A model generated the notes under the pieces. That model was not told the origin of the DNA and ran no database searches. It saw only the letters and a program-made list of their open reading frames with translations. The translations under genes and the position numbers were made by a program. Of a DNA stretch of 64,000 nucleotides, positions 52,224-64,000 are shown in pieces (positions within the stretch are counted from its first letter, which is position 1; each line of letters starts with the position of its first letter). Location: positions 44,082,001 to 44,146,000 of the forward strand of contig OZ024741.1 of assembly GCA_964016885.1 (NCBI GenBank), given 5' to 3'. This DNA comes from Eledone cirrhosa. Lineage: Eukaryota.

Positions 52224-53887
52224 GTGATGGATGCCTGAGAAGTTCATAGTCTGATTAGGAAGGATTGAAGCTAGATCTATGACATCTTGCATGCTTTAAT
52301 TTCAACTCTTCTTATCAATAATTGCCGTCTTTATTTCCAGGGATTATTTTGGAAAATAATCCTCGTATGATCATTCCATGAGAGTATCTTGGTAAGGTTC
52401 AGCAAACAATACACATATGTGCATTGGTTGGTGAAGCGAATAACACGTCCGTCTGGTAACATAAAAATGGAATTGTATATCTTGTTTGCATGTTTGTCTG
52501 AAGATAACGCGTAGGCCGTTATTATATAAATATCCTACATCTTCGAGATGCGTATAAACGAAGGAAACCGTCTCTCTGATTTATTGTATATATATATATA
52601 TATATGCGAACTTCATTTTTCGTCTTCAAGTGTCCTCAGTTTATTTTATAAGCTAGCATCTCTGCACATGTGCACGCATCTATATATCATATGTATGTAT
52701 GTGGAATCCGGGCATGGCCACGCAGCAACCGCAGCGTCAGGAGAACCTTGGATATCTTGTTTGCACACCTGTCGTCTCTATTTGTACATGTTTCTTGTCC
52801 TTTGTTCCTCATAGCTCTGTTTATATACCTACTGTTGTGTTTTATGTATTTTGTCCCGTTCTTTTATTATTGTGTTCTCTATATGTGTTCTCGTTTCTTA
52901 TCCTCATGTTCCTGTCCCTACTTTCGCTTCCCGTAACTCTCTTCCATGGCCTAACAGCCCTTTAATAGTATTGTTGCCACTGTAGTTGGGGCTGAATGCT
53001 ATGATTTGTGCTAGCCTTGTGCCTTACAGTGTTAGAGAGGACTGTATTAACCGGGAATGTATTTGTTTATATATATAAATACCCATCTATGTTTCTATCC
53101 CGATTTCACTTCCTTGTTTCAGCGGACTATTATTGTGGTTAGTTTATTTTTCATGGAAGCGTGGCTTTTTCCTGTTGCCGCCGTCGCCCTGGTGGGGTCA
53201 TCACCTGTGTTGTTGTTGTTGTTGGTGTTACCAATGGCTTAATACTGACATAGATGATACCACCACTACTACGACGAACGGGGAGAGTGATTGGTGGTAT
53301 TGGTGTTTGTTGCCGTTACTATTGTTGTTGTTACTGTTTATGGTCATGGTGATTGATACCACCAACTCTGTGTACCCACCTACCTCTGAACTCCTTTTTA
53401 CTGCTTTGGCGCTATCGTTTATTGTCGACAGGGTGTTACCGTCACTGCGACGACTACGACCTGTATACACGACGCTGGTCTGCGTTTTTGCTGTTGTTGT
53501 CGTTGTAAGTGTTGCTGTTGATTTAGTTGTTGTTATCAATAGGGTGATGGTATCGCCACGACTATTCCGACCAGTGTGGATAACATGGGTCGGCGGTTTG
53601 ATGTTATTGTCATTGTTGTTGTTGTTGTTGTTGTTGTTGTCTTAAGGTTTGTTGTCGACAAAATATATACCCCCCCCCCCCCCCCCTCAGAGCTCCATTT
53701 ATTGCTTCATCTGTCTATTGGGTTTTGGCTGCACACAGTTCTGCGTTCTTTTCGTCTTTTTTAGTTGATACCCTTTTCTAGCAAACACGACGGCTGGCAA
53801 ACCCTTCAAGGAACTTATATGTATGCTGGGCACACAGGCATTAGGATGTGTGTTTTCCTCCCAGCGACATATCAATTATATCGATTT

Positions 53888-53975
53888 TCATCTGAAGAAA
53901 CCGTTCTCATAATCAACAGCAAATTTATGAAGGACATCTCGATTGCATGGAGAACCGTGGAAATAATTATTATGA
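53888..53975 (+). ncRNA. Hammerhead motif with extended stem II near the 3' end of a (TA)n-flanked element (~52606-54020)
   Basis: Stem I TCAT/ATGA; CTGAAGA; GTTCTC..GAGAAC; GAAA; palindromic stem III ATAATTAT. Confidence 0.68.
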
Positions 53976-54057
53976 TTAAACGATATATGTAACCACAGTA
54001 TCTTATTTTGTTATTTTGTTTATATACATATATATATATACATATATATATATATAC

Positions 54058-54088
<31 letters not shown>

Positions 54089-54096
54089 GATAGATA

Positions 54097-54628
<532 letters not shown>

Positions 54629-54785
54629 ATATATATATATATATAAAAGAAATAAAATGAAAGAAAGAGAAAAGAAAAAGAAAATGCCAACACAAGAGCA
54701 AGGATGAAGTGTTCATTCTACTGACACATGGCTATACAATTGTGGCTGGTTTGCAAAATTGCAAACTAATCGAATGTTATTATTA

Positions 54786-54968
54786 GGATTGGCAGTATCG
54801 GTAGATGGTCTGACGCCATGCTTTGACGCATAGAGTTGCGGCCCTTACTATTCTGAGTTCAAATCTCGCCGAGGTTAACTTTGCCTTTCATCCTTACGGG
54901 GTCGATAAAATAAAGTACCAGTAATGCACTGGTTAATTGGTGGCCTAGTGCCAAAAGTAGAAACAATT
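54786..54968 (+). mobile_element. SINE family A
   Basis: Near full-length match. Confidence 0.9.
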
Positions 54969-55019
54969 ATTAATATTCGAAAAACTAAGATTATATTTAT
55001 TATATATATATATATATAT

Positions 55020-55224
55020 TTCTACCACTTATTCCTTGGATGGTCATGGGGAAGAGTCCTGAAACACGCCTTCGCGCAGGTCCTGTCAGATGCAACCGTT
55101 TCCAATTGATCCGGCTGGATCTACTTTTTTTACCGGCCGAGCTCATGGATATTATGCAACCCTCTTCCTTGAGGCCTAACTCTAGGTCTCTTGCCACTTG
55201 TTTTTTACCCTAAAACCTGTCAAA
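55020..55224 (-). mobile_element. RTE-like 3' stub (~205 bp), copy 1
   Basis: Near-identical to 56898-57102; homologous to 5790-5960. Confidence 0.75.
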
Positions 55225-55579
55225 ATCTTTGCTAGTTTGTATGGTTTGTATATATAAATATTCTAAACAAGCACTGACTACTCAGTACTACAGTTTGCGT
55301 CAAAATATTATATAATATTAATAGTATAGTTTGCACTTCGAAGATGACCTTCATACAGTTGTCTAAATCAGTGTCTAGTAAGTTAAACGTTTCTTCATAT
55401 ATACTAGAAATGTAGTGTAGAGAAGCTGTGCTTCTTTGGTGTAGAAATATATACGGAGACGAAGGGGTAAAAATAGACGTAAGTTTTGGTATAGGGAAAA
55501 GTAATGTAGGTGGGACTAAGGAAGGCATAATGCATTGCTCATGTTATTTTTTAGGATCATAATTATTTCTACTATATAA

Positions 55580-55980
55580 GGGCGGTGGATTGGCAGTATC
55601 GGTAGAGGGTCGGGCGCGATGCTTTGAAGCATAGAGTTACCTCCCTTTATGATCTGAGTTCAAATCCCGCCGAGGTTAACTTTGACTTTCATACTTACGG
55701 GGTCGATAAAATAAAGTACCAGTAATGCTCTGGGATAATTGCTGGCCTGGTTCCAAAAGTAGAAACAATAATTATTTCTACTATAGACAAAAGGCCATAT
55801 ATTTTGGGCACAGGGAAGTCGATTAAATTAACGCCATTGCATTACTGGTGCCATATTTTATCGACCTCGTAAGGCAAAGCTAATCTCGACGAAATTTGAT
55901 CTCAGAATGTAAAGGGCCGTAACTTCAAGTCGCGAAGCATAGTGTCCGATGCTCCACCAATACTTCCAATCCACATCCCT
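55580..55980. mobile_element. Young SINE A (+, 55580-55770) inserted at the tail of an older long-variant SINE A (-, ~55770-55980)
   Basis: TSD ataattatttctactata. Confidence 0.87.
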
Positions 55981-56535
55981 CTTATTCAGTAACATAATAA
56001 CAGTTCTGCTCTATTTAATTTTCAGGTGAAGTTTATTAATAGAGTCAGTTAGTAACATTCTTAATTCTTATGAGTTAGCTTTTGTTTTACGAAAAAGATG
56101 ATTATGTGTAACTTCATATATCTATGTATTTATTCACATTCATAGTCAGTGGAAATCTACGTGATGGTTTTGGTTTTAATTGCAACTGATATGTTCCTTA
56201 CGACACGAAGACATGTCCCTTTCGAAGACTGTTACTTAGATGAAATTGAATTAAGTTAAACTGAAATAAAATTAATTAAATAATTGATTAAAAGAGAAAT
56301 TAACTGCTAATTATATTAATATATTAATAACCAATGAGTATGCAATTTCCAAGCCTATACCTGACCGTTCTTTGAATATTAACGATGTACTCAACAGCGT
56401 AGTCTTAGTTTAAATTGAGTTGAATTTAATTAAATTAGTGTAAAATTAATTATTAGATGACTCAGAAATAAATTACTACATGAATATATAAATAATTCAT
56501 GAATCTGTAAATTCCAGAAAGTCTTGAATGAATAT

Positions 56536-56724
56536 AATTGTTTCTATTTTTAGGCACAAGGCAAGCAATTACCCAGTACATTACTGGTACTTTATTTTAT
56601 CGACCCCGTAAGGATGAAAGGCAAAGTTAACTTCGGCAGGATTTGAACTCAGATCATAAAGGGACGTAACTCTATGGTTCAAAGCATGGTGTCCGACTCT
56701 CTACCGATACTGCCAATCCACCAT
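56536..56724 (-). mobile_element. SINE family A with TSD
   Basis: TSD cttgaatgaatataat. Confidence 0.92.
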
Positions 56725-56897
56725 GCTTGAATGAATATAATGAACATACAATGGAAGCGTTTTTAATATACCCTTTCAATTCTTCTTCTTCTTCTTCTTC
56801 TTCTTCTTCTTCTTCTTCTTCTTCTTCTTCTTTTCCTTTTTTCTTTTTCTTTTTCTTTTTCTTTTTCTTGTTCTTTTTCTTTTTATTTTTATTTTTC

Positions 56898-57102
56898 TTC
56901 TACCACTTATTCCTTGGATGGTCATGGGGAAGAGTCCTGAAGCACGCCTTCGCGCAGGTCCTGTCAGATGCAACCGTTTCCAATTGATCCGGCTGGATCT
57001 ACTTTTTTTACCGGCCGAGCTCATGGATATTATGCAACCCTCTTCCTTGAGGCCTAACTCTAGGTCTCTTGCCACTTGTTTTTTACCCTAAAACCTGTCA
57101 AA
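56898..57102 (-). mobile_element. RTE-like 3' stub, copy 2, with A-rich/(AAG)n tail
   Basis: As for 55020. Confidence 0.75.
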
Positions 57103-58564
57103 CCTTTTATTATATTAATTTGTTCATACCCCTTAACTAAAACTATATAAAATTGAGCATCTTGATATATGTGTCAATGAACCACCTATGCTCCACTCTA
57201 ATCAATCACATCAATAGCTATGTTTAATATTCTTAGCTTTATTCTCCTGCTTTAAATTGGCAGCTAGAGAATAAATCAGGTAGAATCTGATAATTATTTT
57301 AAGTGATTTCACAGAAGACGGAGATATATTTTCAATATGTTCCCATAAACATATAATATATACTGTATATATGAATACTTTAATCAGAACTTGTTAATAT
57401 ATTACCATGCCATAATTTTTTAATGAAATTAAAAGTAAATTGTCTTGCTTTTCTTCATCATTAACACAAGTGAAGGCAATGGTTTATTGATTAAGGTGCT
57501 GGACTTCCCTCATAAGGCCATGAGTTCTATTCCAACATCCTATGGTGCATTGTGTCCATGAATAATACAATTCATTTCGGATTCTTCCAGCGCACTCGGC
57601 TAGAAAAACAATATCAATATGAACAGCAGCAATATCAGCCTTCTCGTACATTGGAGGTTCTTGTAGTCTCAGTCGTTTAACATCCATGAAATTGAAATAA
57701 TCTCCGCCTTGATTACACAGTCGACACTGACTAGACTTAAACTTCAAATATCAAGACATAGAGCATTAAATTGCCACCTGTTCCGCGCAAGAAGATTGTT
57801 TGATCAACGAAACATTAACGAGACAAAATTCAAAGAAAACTTCAGCTGAATTGATTTCGGCAAAATGAAACAAAGGCTTTGCTCAACTACACAATGCATC
57901 GCGTGGCATCAAACTTACAACTTCATGATGGTGAGCGACCAACTTACCTAAGAACTGTGGCTTCACTTAAAAGATGTAATAGATACCACAGTTATCAGTG
58001 GTAGCTGTTGCAATGAAAAATACAATTTTGGATTAAACACAAGCAATGTGTAATGGAAAGCTGTATAGAGAATGTCTGCTGGAAGAGAAATACTCATTCA
58101 TTAGTTCTATGCAATTACATAATTACATATATTGGATTGTGATATATTGGAAATCTATAGAAAACAAGAGGATTGGTGTAGAATTATATATAAAGAGAGC
58201 AAGGCCATTGACCCAGCCATTTGTTGAATGATGTATTTTTAAAACATGGTTTCAAATGTTTGATCAAGGCCAGCAATATTCAGTAAGAAGATGGGAATTG
58301 AAAATCGATTATATCGATCTCAGTTCTTGATGTGTATCTTTTTGTATACACATTTACTGCCACTCCACACACGCAAACGTAATACGTTTTATAGACATTT
58401 ATTTAGTCTCAGATTAACCGAAATGTGCGATTAAGTATTTAATCGTCAATGAATATTGATACAGCTAGGAAAGATATTTCTTATAGGAATTATACAAATT
58501 TATTTACAGTCTAATCATGAAGATTTGTTGTTACATCCTTTTAATTAATTAGATCATACTTACG

Positions 58565-58665
<101 letters not shown>

Positions 58666-58862
58666 TCCCAGGTTGAGTCAGATGGAGGGGGTAACCACAG
58701 TTAAAAAAGGTACTTAATACATTGGTAGAGTAATATAACTTTATTATTAATAGAGATGACTTCTACAGGACAAGAACTGTTTTATACGTATCAAATGATC
58801 ACCATGACATCACCATCCCCATCATCATCATCATCATCATCATCATCTTCTCCTTCTTCTTC

Positions 58863-58912
<50 letters not shown>

Positions 58913-59100
58913 GGGTGTGGATTGGCAGTATCGGTAGAGGGGCGGACGCCATGCTTTGACGCATAGAGTTACGGCCCTTGCCCTGCTGAGTTCAAATCCC
59001 GCCAAGGTTAACTTTGCCTTTCATCCTTACGGGGTCGATAAAATAAAGTACCAGTAATGTACTGGAAAATTGCTGGCCTTGTGCCAATAGTAGAAACATT
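58913..59100 (+). mobile_element. SINE family A within (TTA)n
   Basis: Full-length match. Confidence 0.92.
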
Positions 59101-59135
59101 TATTATTATTATTATTATTATCATTGTTATTACAC

Positions 59136-62100
59136 TTTGAGTCTCAGTCATTGATGTTAGTTAACTGGAAAGTTTGTTGAAATGAATATCGAGCCACTAC
59201 CTGCATCCTCAGATATTCAGGACGTATCGGAGGGTTCTTGCTGTTCCCAGCAAGCATGCCTTTTGAAGCGTTCCAAAAAGCGTGAAGGGGCCAATTTTCT
59301 TTAACCATACCTGGAAACTTTTTGAGATAGTCCCTAGTGCGCCTATGACAATCGGGATCACTTTGACTTCATGGCAGTTCCAAATCCTTTTTACCTCCCA
59401 CTTTAAGTCCTGGTATCGGTTAATGTTCTCCCTCTCCTTCTCTTGCACTCTCGTGTCGAATGGGCAGGCCACATCCACAATCAGGCACGATCTTTTTTCT
59501 TTGTCCAAAGCCACCAGGTCAGGTCTATTGTGTTCCAGTTTCTTGTCCGTCTGTATCCTAACATCCCACAGCACTTTCACCTGATCGTTTTCTATCACCG
59601 CCTCTGGCTTATGCTCATACCACTTCTCAGAATGTGGTAAATTGTTTACTTTGCATAGGTGCCAGTGGATCACCCTGCACATCACATCATGTCTCCAGCC
59701 CTTATAGTGAGTCTGGGCTAGGTGTTTACACTCGGATACAATGTGAGCCACAGTCTCCTCTCTCTCTCCACAGATCCTGCACAGTGGGCTAGCCTCCTCC
59801 ATGTAAATGTGGTGTTTCAACCACTTCGTTTTGAGGGCCAACTCCTGCGCAGCCATTAACATGCCTTCTGTAGCCTTTTTAAGGTCTCCTCTTTTCAACC
59901 AATTCCATGTCTGTGGATCTCTAAATTCAGTTTTCTCAAGGAAGGTACTATGAAGGGATTTTTCCTGAAGGCTGCTCTTTCTCCTTGATGTTATTTCCTC
60001 CTTGGACATCCCCTGGCCTGTTGTCCCCTCCTTCAGTACAGTTCTGAGCATTGGCTCCTTGCTATCAGTCACGTATTTGTGTAGGTTGTTTTCTCCATCT
60101 GAACACAGTCCTCTATGCTGATAAAACCTCTTCCACCTTCAGATCTCCTTATGTAGAGTCTATCGACATCACTCCTCTTGTGGTACATATTGTAGATAGT
60201 CAATAGCTTCCTAGTCTTCCTATCCATTTCTTTTTGTTCAGCAACATTCCATCTCAGAATTACCGCACTGTACCTAATAATAGATACAGCTCGGGAATTT
60301 ACTGCACTTATGGCATTCCTACTGTTCAGATGTGACTTTAATACGCTCCTTACTCTCCGAAGGTATTCAGTTCTTATCAATTCATTCATTTTTTTGTTCT
60401 TGATGTCATCAGCCTCCAGAACGCCCAAATACTTGTATCCTTCCTCAGAGTCAATTTCCGCTATCATCTCACCTGTTGCTATCTGGATTCCGTTACTTCT
60501 ACCCAACTTACCCCTCCTCATCACAATGACTCCACACTTACTAATACCAAATAGCATGCATATATCATTGCTGAAAATATGGACAGTGTCAACAAGCACA
60601 TCCAACTCTCTCTCACTCTTCTCGAAGAGCTTAAGATCGTCCATGAAGAGGAGGTGATTGATGGTAAGCCCTCCCTTTCCCAACCTGTATCCTGCTCTCC
60701 CTTTTCACAGTACACTGGTCAGGGGCATCAGGGCAAGGACAAACAACAGAGGGGACAGACTATCTCCCTGGAAGATACCTCTCTTGATCTTCACGCTTCC
60801 CAAGTATTCTCCACTTGATGTCAACTCTGTTTCCCAGTACCTCATACTCTTGCCCAGCAACTGTCTGATTTTATCTGCCACCTTGAAGATCTCCAGGCTT
60901 TTGGTGATCCAAGAATGAGGCACCATGTCAAATGCCTTTCTGTAGTCTATCCATCCCATCGCAAGATCAGTGTGTCTCCTCCTGTAATTCTCCATTACCA
61001 TCTTATCAATAAGTAACTGGTCCTTTGTACCACGTGACTTCTTTCGGCATCCTTTCTGTTCGTCCGGTAACAAGTTGTTTGTGTGGAGGTGATGGTAGAT
61101 TTCCTCAGACACAATGCTCGTCAACAGTTTTCACATTACGGACAGACATGTGATAGGTCTATAGTTGGTAACATCATTACCCTTGATTCGGTCTTTCATT
61201 ATCAGAACTGTGGTACCTTTTGTCAACCACTCTGGTACCTCACCTGACATCAAGCAGTCATTGAACATGGTTGTCAGTTTCGGGTGGAGGGATGTTATAT
61301 TTTTAATCAAATACCCCTGCACACCATCTGGGCCTGGTGATTTCCAGTTGGTTAGTTTTTTGGCCTGCCCCTTAAGAGTTTCAACTGTGATACTCAAATC
61401 AGTTTGTTGGTGTGCCTGCTCACCGATCTCCCTCTGTACTGGCTCAATCCACCCTGCCTGGTCATTATGTCTAACATCCTGCTCCCATATTCCTCTCCAG
61501 AATGTTTCAGTTTGTTCCGCCTCAGGGATCAAGTCGTTGCCTCTTTCTTTCCCCTCAAGCTGTCCAAACAGCATCTTCTGGTTGTTGTCGAACATGCGGT
61601 TCTGTTTATACTGACTGACTCTGTTCTCGTATCGCCTGATTTGTGCACTCTTTGCTACAATGCGTTGCTTCAGTTCCTCTATGATAATATTTAGCTTTTT
61701 CCTCCTAGTTTTTTACTTTATTTCCAGTCTATTTTTAGTGTCTATGTTTTTTAGTGTCCCATTCAGTAGTGACTCAAGCTTTCCAATGTCATTTCTCATT
61801 TCCCTGATTTGACCACTCAGTCGTTTCTTCCACCAAGGCTCTGCACTTTCTTGTCTGTTGCTTCCTCTCGCTTTTATACCAAGTAGTTTCCTCACCGTAT
61901 TTGCTGTTGCTTTGAGGATATTGTTGCACTGGTGAAGGCTCCTCGTCTCAAGGTATGGGATGACTTTTTTTACCTTAGCTGTTGTTTCTTTTAATAGGTC
62001 TCCCACTATCATTGTTCAATTCATCTACCACTAAATTTAGGATGTCAACCGAATCTTGTCCTAGTCCGTCAGCATTAATCTCCTCAGTGGCCGTATCTCT

Positions 62101-62189
62101 GTTCCAGGTATTATTTATCTCAGTATTCAGACCATCCGGATCATTGTCTGCTTCGGGTGGTTCCTCCGTTCTCTCGACATTTTCCCCTG
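59136..62189 (-). mobile_element. R4/Dong-clade LINE copy C, 5'-truncated, disrupted, flanked by (TTA)n
   Basis: ORFs 59209-62012 colinear with copy A (HLLFMDD, RPDL..IVDVACP). Confidence 0.94.
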
Positions 62190-62219
62190 TATTATTATTA
62201 TTATTATTATTATTATTGA

Positions 62220-62471
62220 TTTTGAGTCTCAGTCATTGATGTTAGTTAACTGGAAAGTTTGTTGAAATGAATATCAAGCCATTACCTGCAGCCTCAGATA
62301 TTCAGGACGTATCGGAGGGTTCTTGCTGTTCCCAGCAAGCATGCCTTTTGGAGCGTTCCAAAAATCTTGGCGGGGCCAATTTTTTTTAACCATCCCTGAA
62401 AACTTTTTGAGATAGTACCTAGTGCGCCTATGACAATCGGGACCACTTTGACTTTGAAAATCGGGACCACT
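62220..62471 (-). mobile_element. Dong 3' stub flanked by (TTA)n
   Basis: VPIVIGALG..YVLNI plus 3' UTR. Confidence 0.93.
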
Positions 62472-62487
62472 ATTATTATTATTATTA

Positions 62488-62519
<32 letters not shown>

Positions 62520-64000
62520 GAATGCTATGGTTGACGGAGGCTCGGCTCTGTAAGGTATTGTAAATTTTGAACACTATAACAATTGTAAATTGTTTAAAAC
62601 TTTAAAGAACTTGTAGACAAAAACACCCTCCTCCTCGTGAGAGGGGTCTTTCTGCCCGTTATTTGGCCCTTCGGGGTTAAATAACTGCTTATTGGGGTTT
62701 TGTACCCAATATTTATTTTAAACAAAAAAAAAACAACATGGCTACGAAAAAGAAATTTCATAGGTCACTCCCACTCATTCCCTCTTCTTCTTCCTCAATC
62801 ATCACTACAGCAGAGAGATGATTGTCTCTCTCCCTCCCTTCTTTAAATGTGTCTCTCTCCCTCCCTTCTCGTTCGCAAGCGAGGAAAGAAAAGAAAAGTC
62901 TCGTGCAAAGCGTGCAAGGTTTCTCCACGACGACGACGACAGCGACGAAACAGGTGTGCGGGAAATACGAAAACCCAGTTCATTCGTCTGACGTCAGGAA
63001 TAATAGCAGTAGCAGCCGTAATAACAACAGCAACAGTGACAATGAAAACAACAGTAGCAGCCGCAACAGCATCACCAGCAGCATAAACAACAACAGCATT
63101 AGCAGCAGCAACACCAACAACAACCACAGCTACAGCGGCGGAGGCAGTAGTCGTAGTACCTGCAGCAACAACAAAAGTAACAGCAGCTCTGACAACAACA
63201 ACAACAACAGCAGCAAAGAAAAACCAATCTCATTTGCAGGTATTGCGAAGAACATGGAAACAATCCTCATAACAAATGAGGAATTAGAGGAAGCGAAGAA
63301 GATGGTGACAAAGAATGGACACCGAGCAATCTGCAAGGCAGCGGAAAAAATGTTTCGAAAACCAACAGCACTGTACGGTCACGTACCGTACAGTAAGTAC
63401 AAAATCCCGTAGGGTGGAAAGAGCCACAGAGGCTCAAATACAAAAAGCCTTGGAGTCTGTGTGGCAGCGGAAAACGCACATCACCCGAGGCAAAAAATAT
63501 GCCACCGTAGACGTACTTTTTGCCACACCCCAGGAGGCAAAGGCCCAATCCGTAGTGACCCTAAGGAGCGAGGAAATGGTGTTGGTGCCCTCCTACTGCG
63601 GGCCAAAAATAGTGAGGGTCAAACTGACCCCCCCCCCCCCCCGGATGGCCCCTTCTTGTCTGGCCGCGTCTGTCCTCGTCGGAATCGAGGACAAAACAAC
63701 TGTTCTGCAAGTACAGAAAAAAGTAAGAGAACATTGGGTCGGCACCTCCATTGAGATGCTAATCCAAACCAACCAGGAGTGCATCGAAGCTATCCCGGAT
63801 GTGATAGACTTCGATAACGGCACTCAACTGCCCATAAGTGTTGAGGGAAAACGCCCGAAATGCTTTCGCTGTGGATCGAAGACTCACCTCAGGGCCTTCT
63901 GCAACGAGAAGACCATGAGAAAGGAGAAAACCCCCCTCCTTCCGAAACCGGCTCCACAGCTACCAGCAACAGGACAAGCGGCAACCAGGAACGATAGGTC
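62520..64000 (+). mobile_element. Tx1/L1-clade LINE copy 3, divergent subfamily: 5' UTR and frameshifted ORF1, running off the window
   Basis: LRSEEMVLVPSYCG, IPDVIDF..VEGKRPKCFRCGSKTHLRAFC homologous to ORF 24489-25052; starts right after (TTA)n. Confidence 0.88.

Noticed and set aside
57484-57747. Minus ORF CRLC..FMDVKRLRLQEPP resembling an MCM OB-fold motif
   Set aside because: Stop immediately upstream and no exon context; the plus strand reads LTRLKL..ALNCHLFR, more like a decayed LINE C-terminus.

Overview
AT-rich, microsatellite-saturated metazoan DNA. The SINE family and repeat landscape suggest an octopus/cephalopod (inference). I recognise no host protein-coding exon, and most ORFs in the track are microsatellite or antisense artefacts. 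The window is a retroelement graveyard: three Tx1/L1-clade LINE copies; R4/Dong-clade LINEs (two long copies, one second-subfamily copy and three 3' stubs); an RTE LINE plus RTE-like 3' stubs; Penelope-like elements (two Naiad-type, one Neptune-type); more than ten copies of a tRNA-derived SINE; a non-autonomous Helitron; and two MITEs. About ten hammerhead-ribozyme motifs are present. The unexplained structure is geometric: inserts at microsatellites are repeatedly two retro-cDNAs joined head-to-head. At self-complementary (TA)n this gives a dozen fold-back inserts, most of them asymmetric palindromes (one arm stops at the microsatellite, the other carries an extra tail) and several with hammerheads. 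At (TAA)n/(TTA)n it gives Tx1 or SINE (ATT-tailed) opposed to Dong (AAT-tailed), twice with no spacer at all. The SINE's 3' terminus matches the Tx1 3' terminus, pointing to Tx1 as its mobilising partner. Coordinates were read by eye and may be off by a few bases; family names rest on remembered motifs, not database searches.
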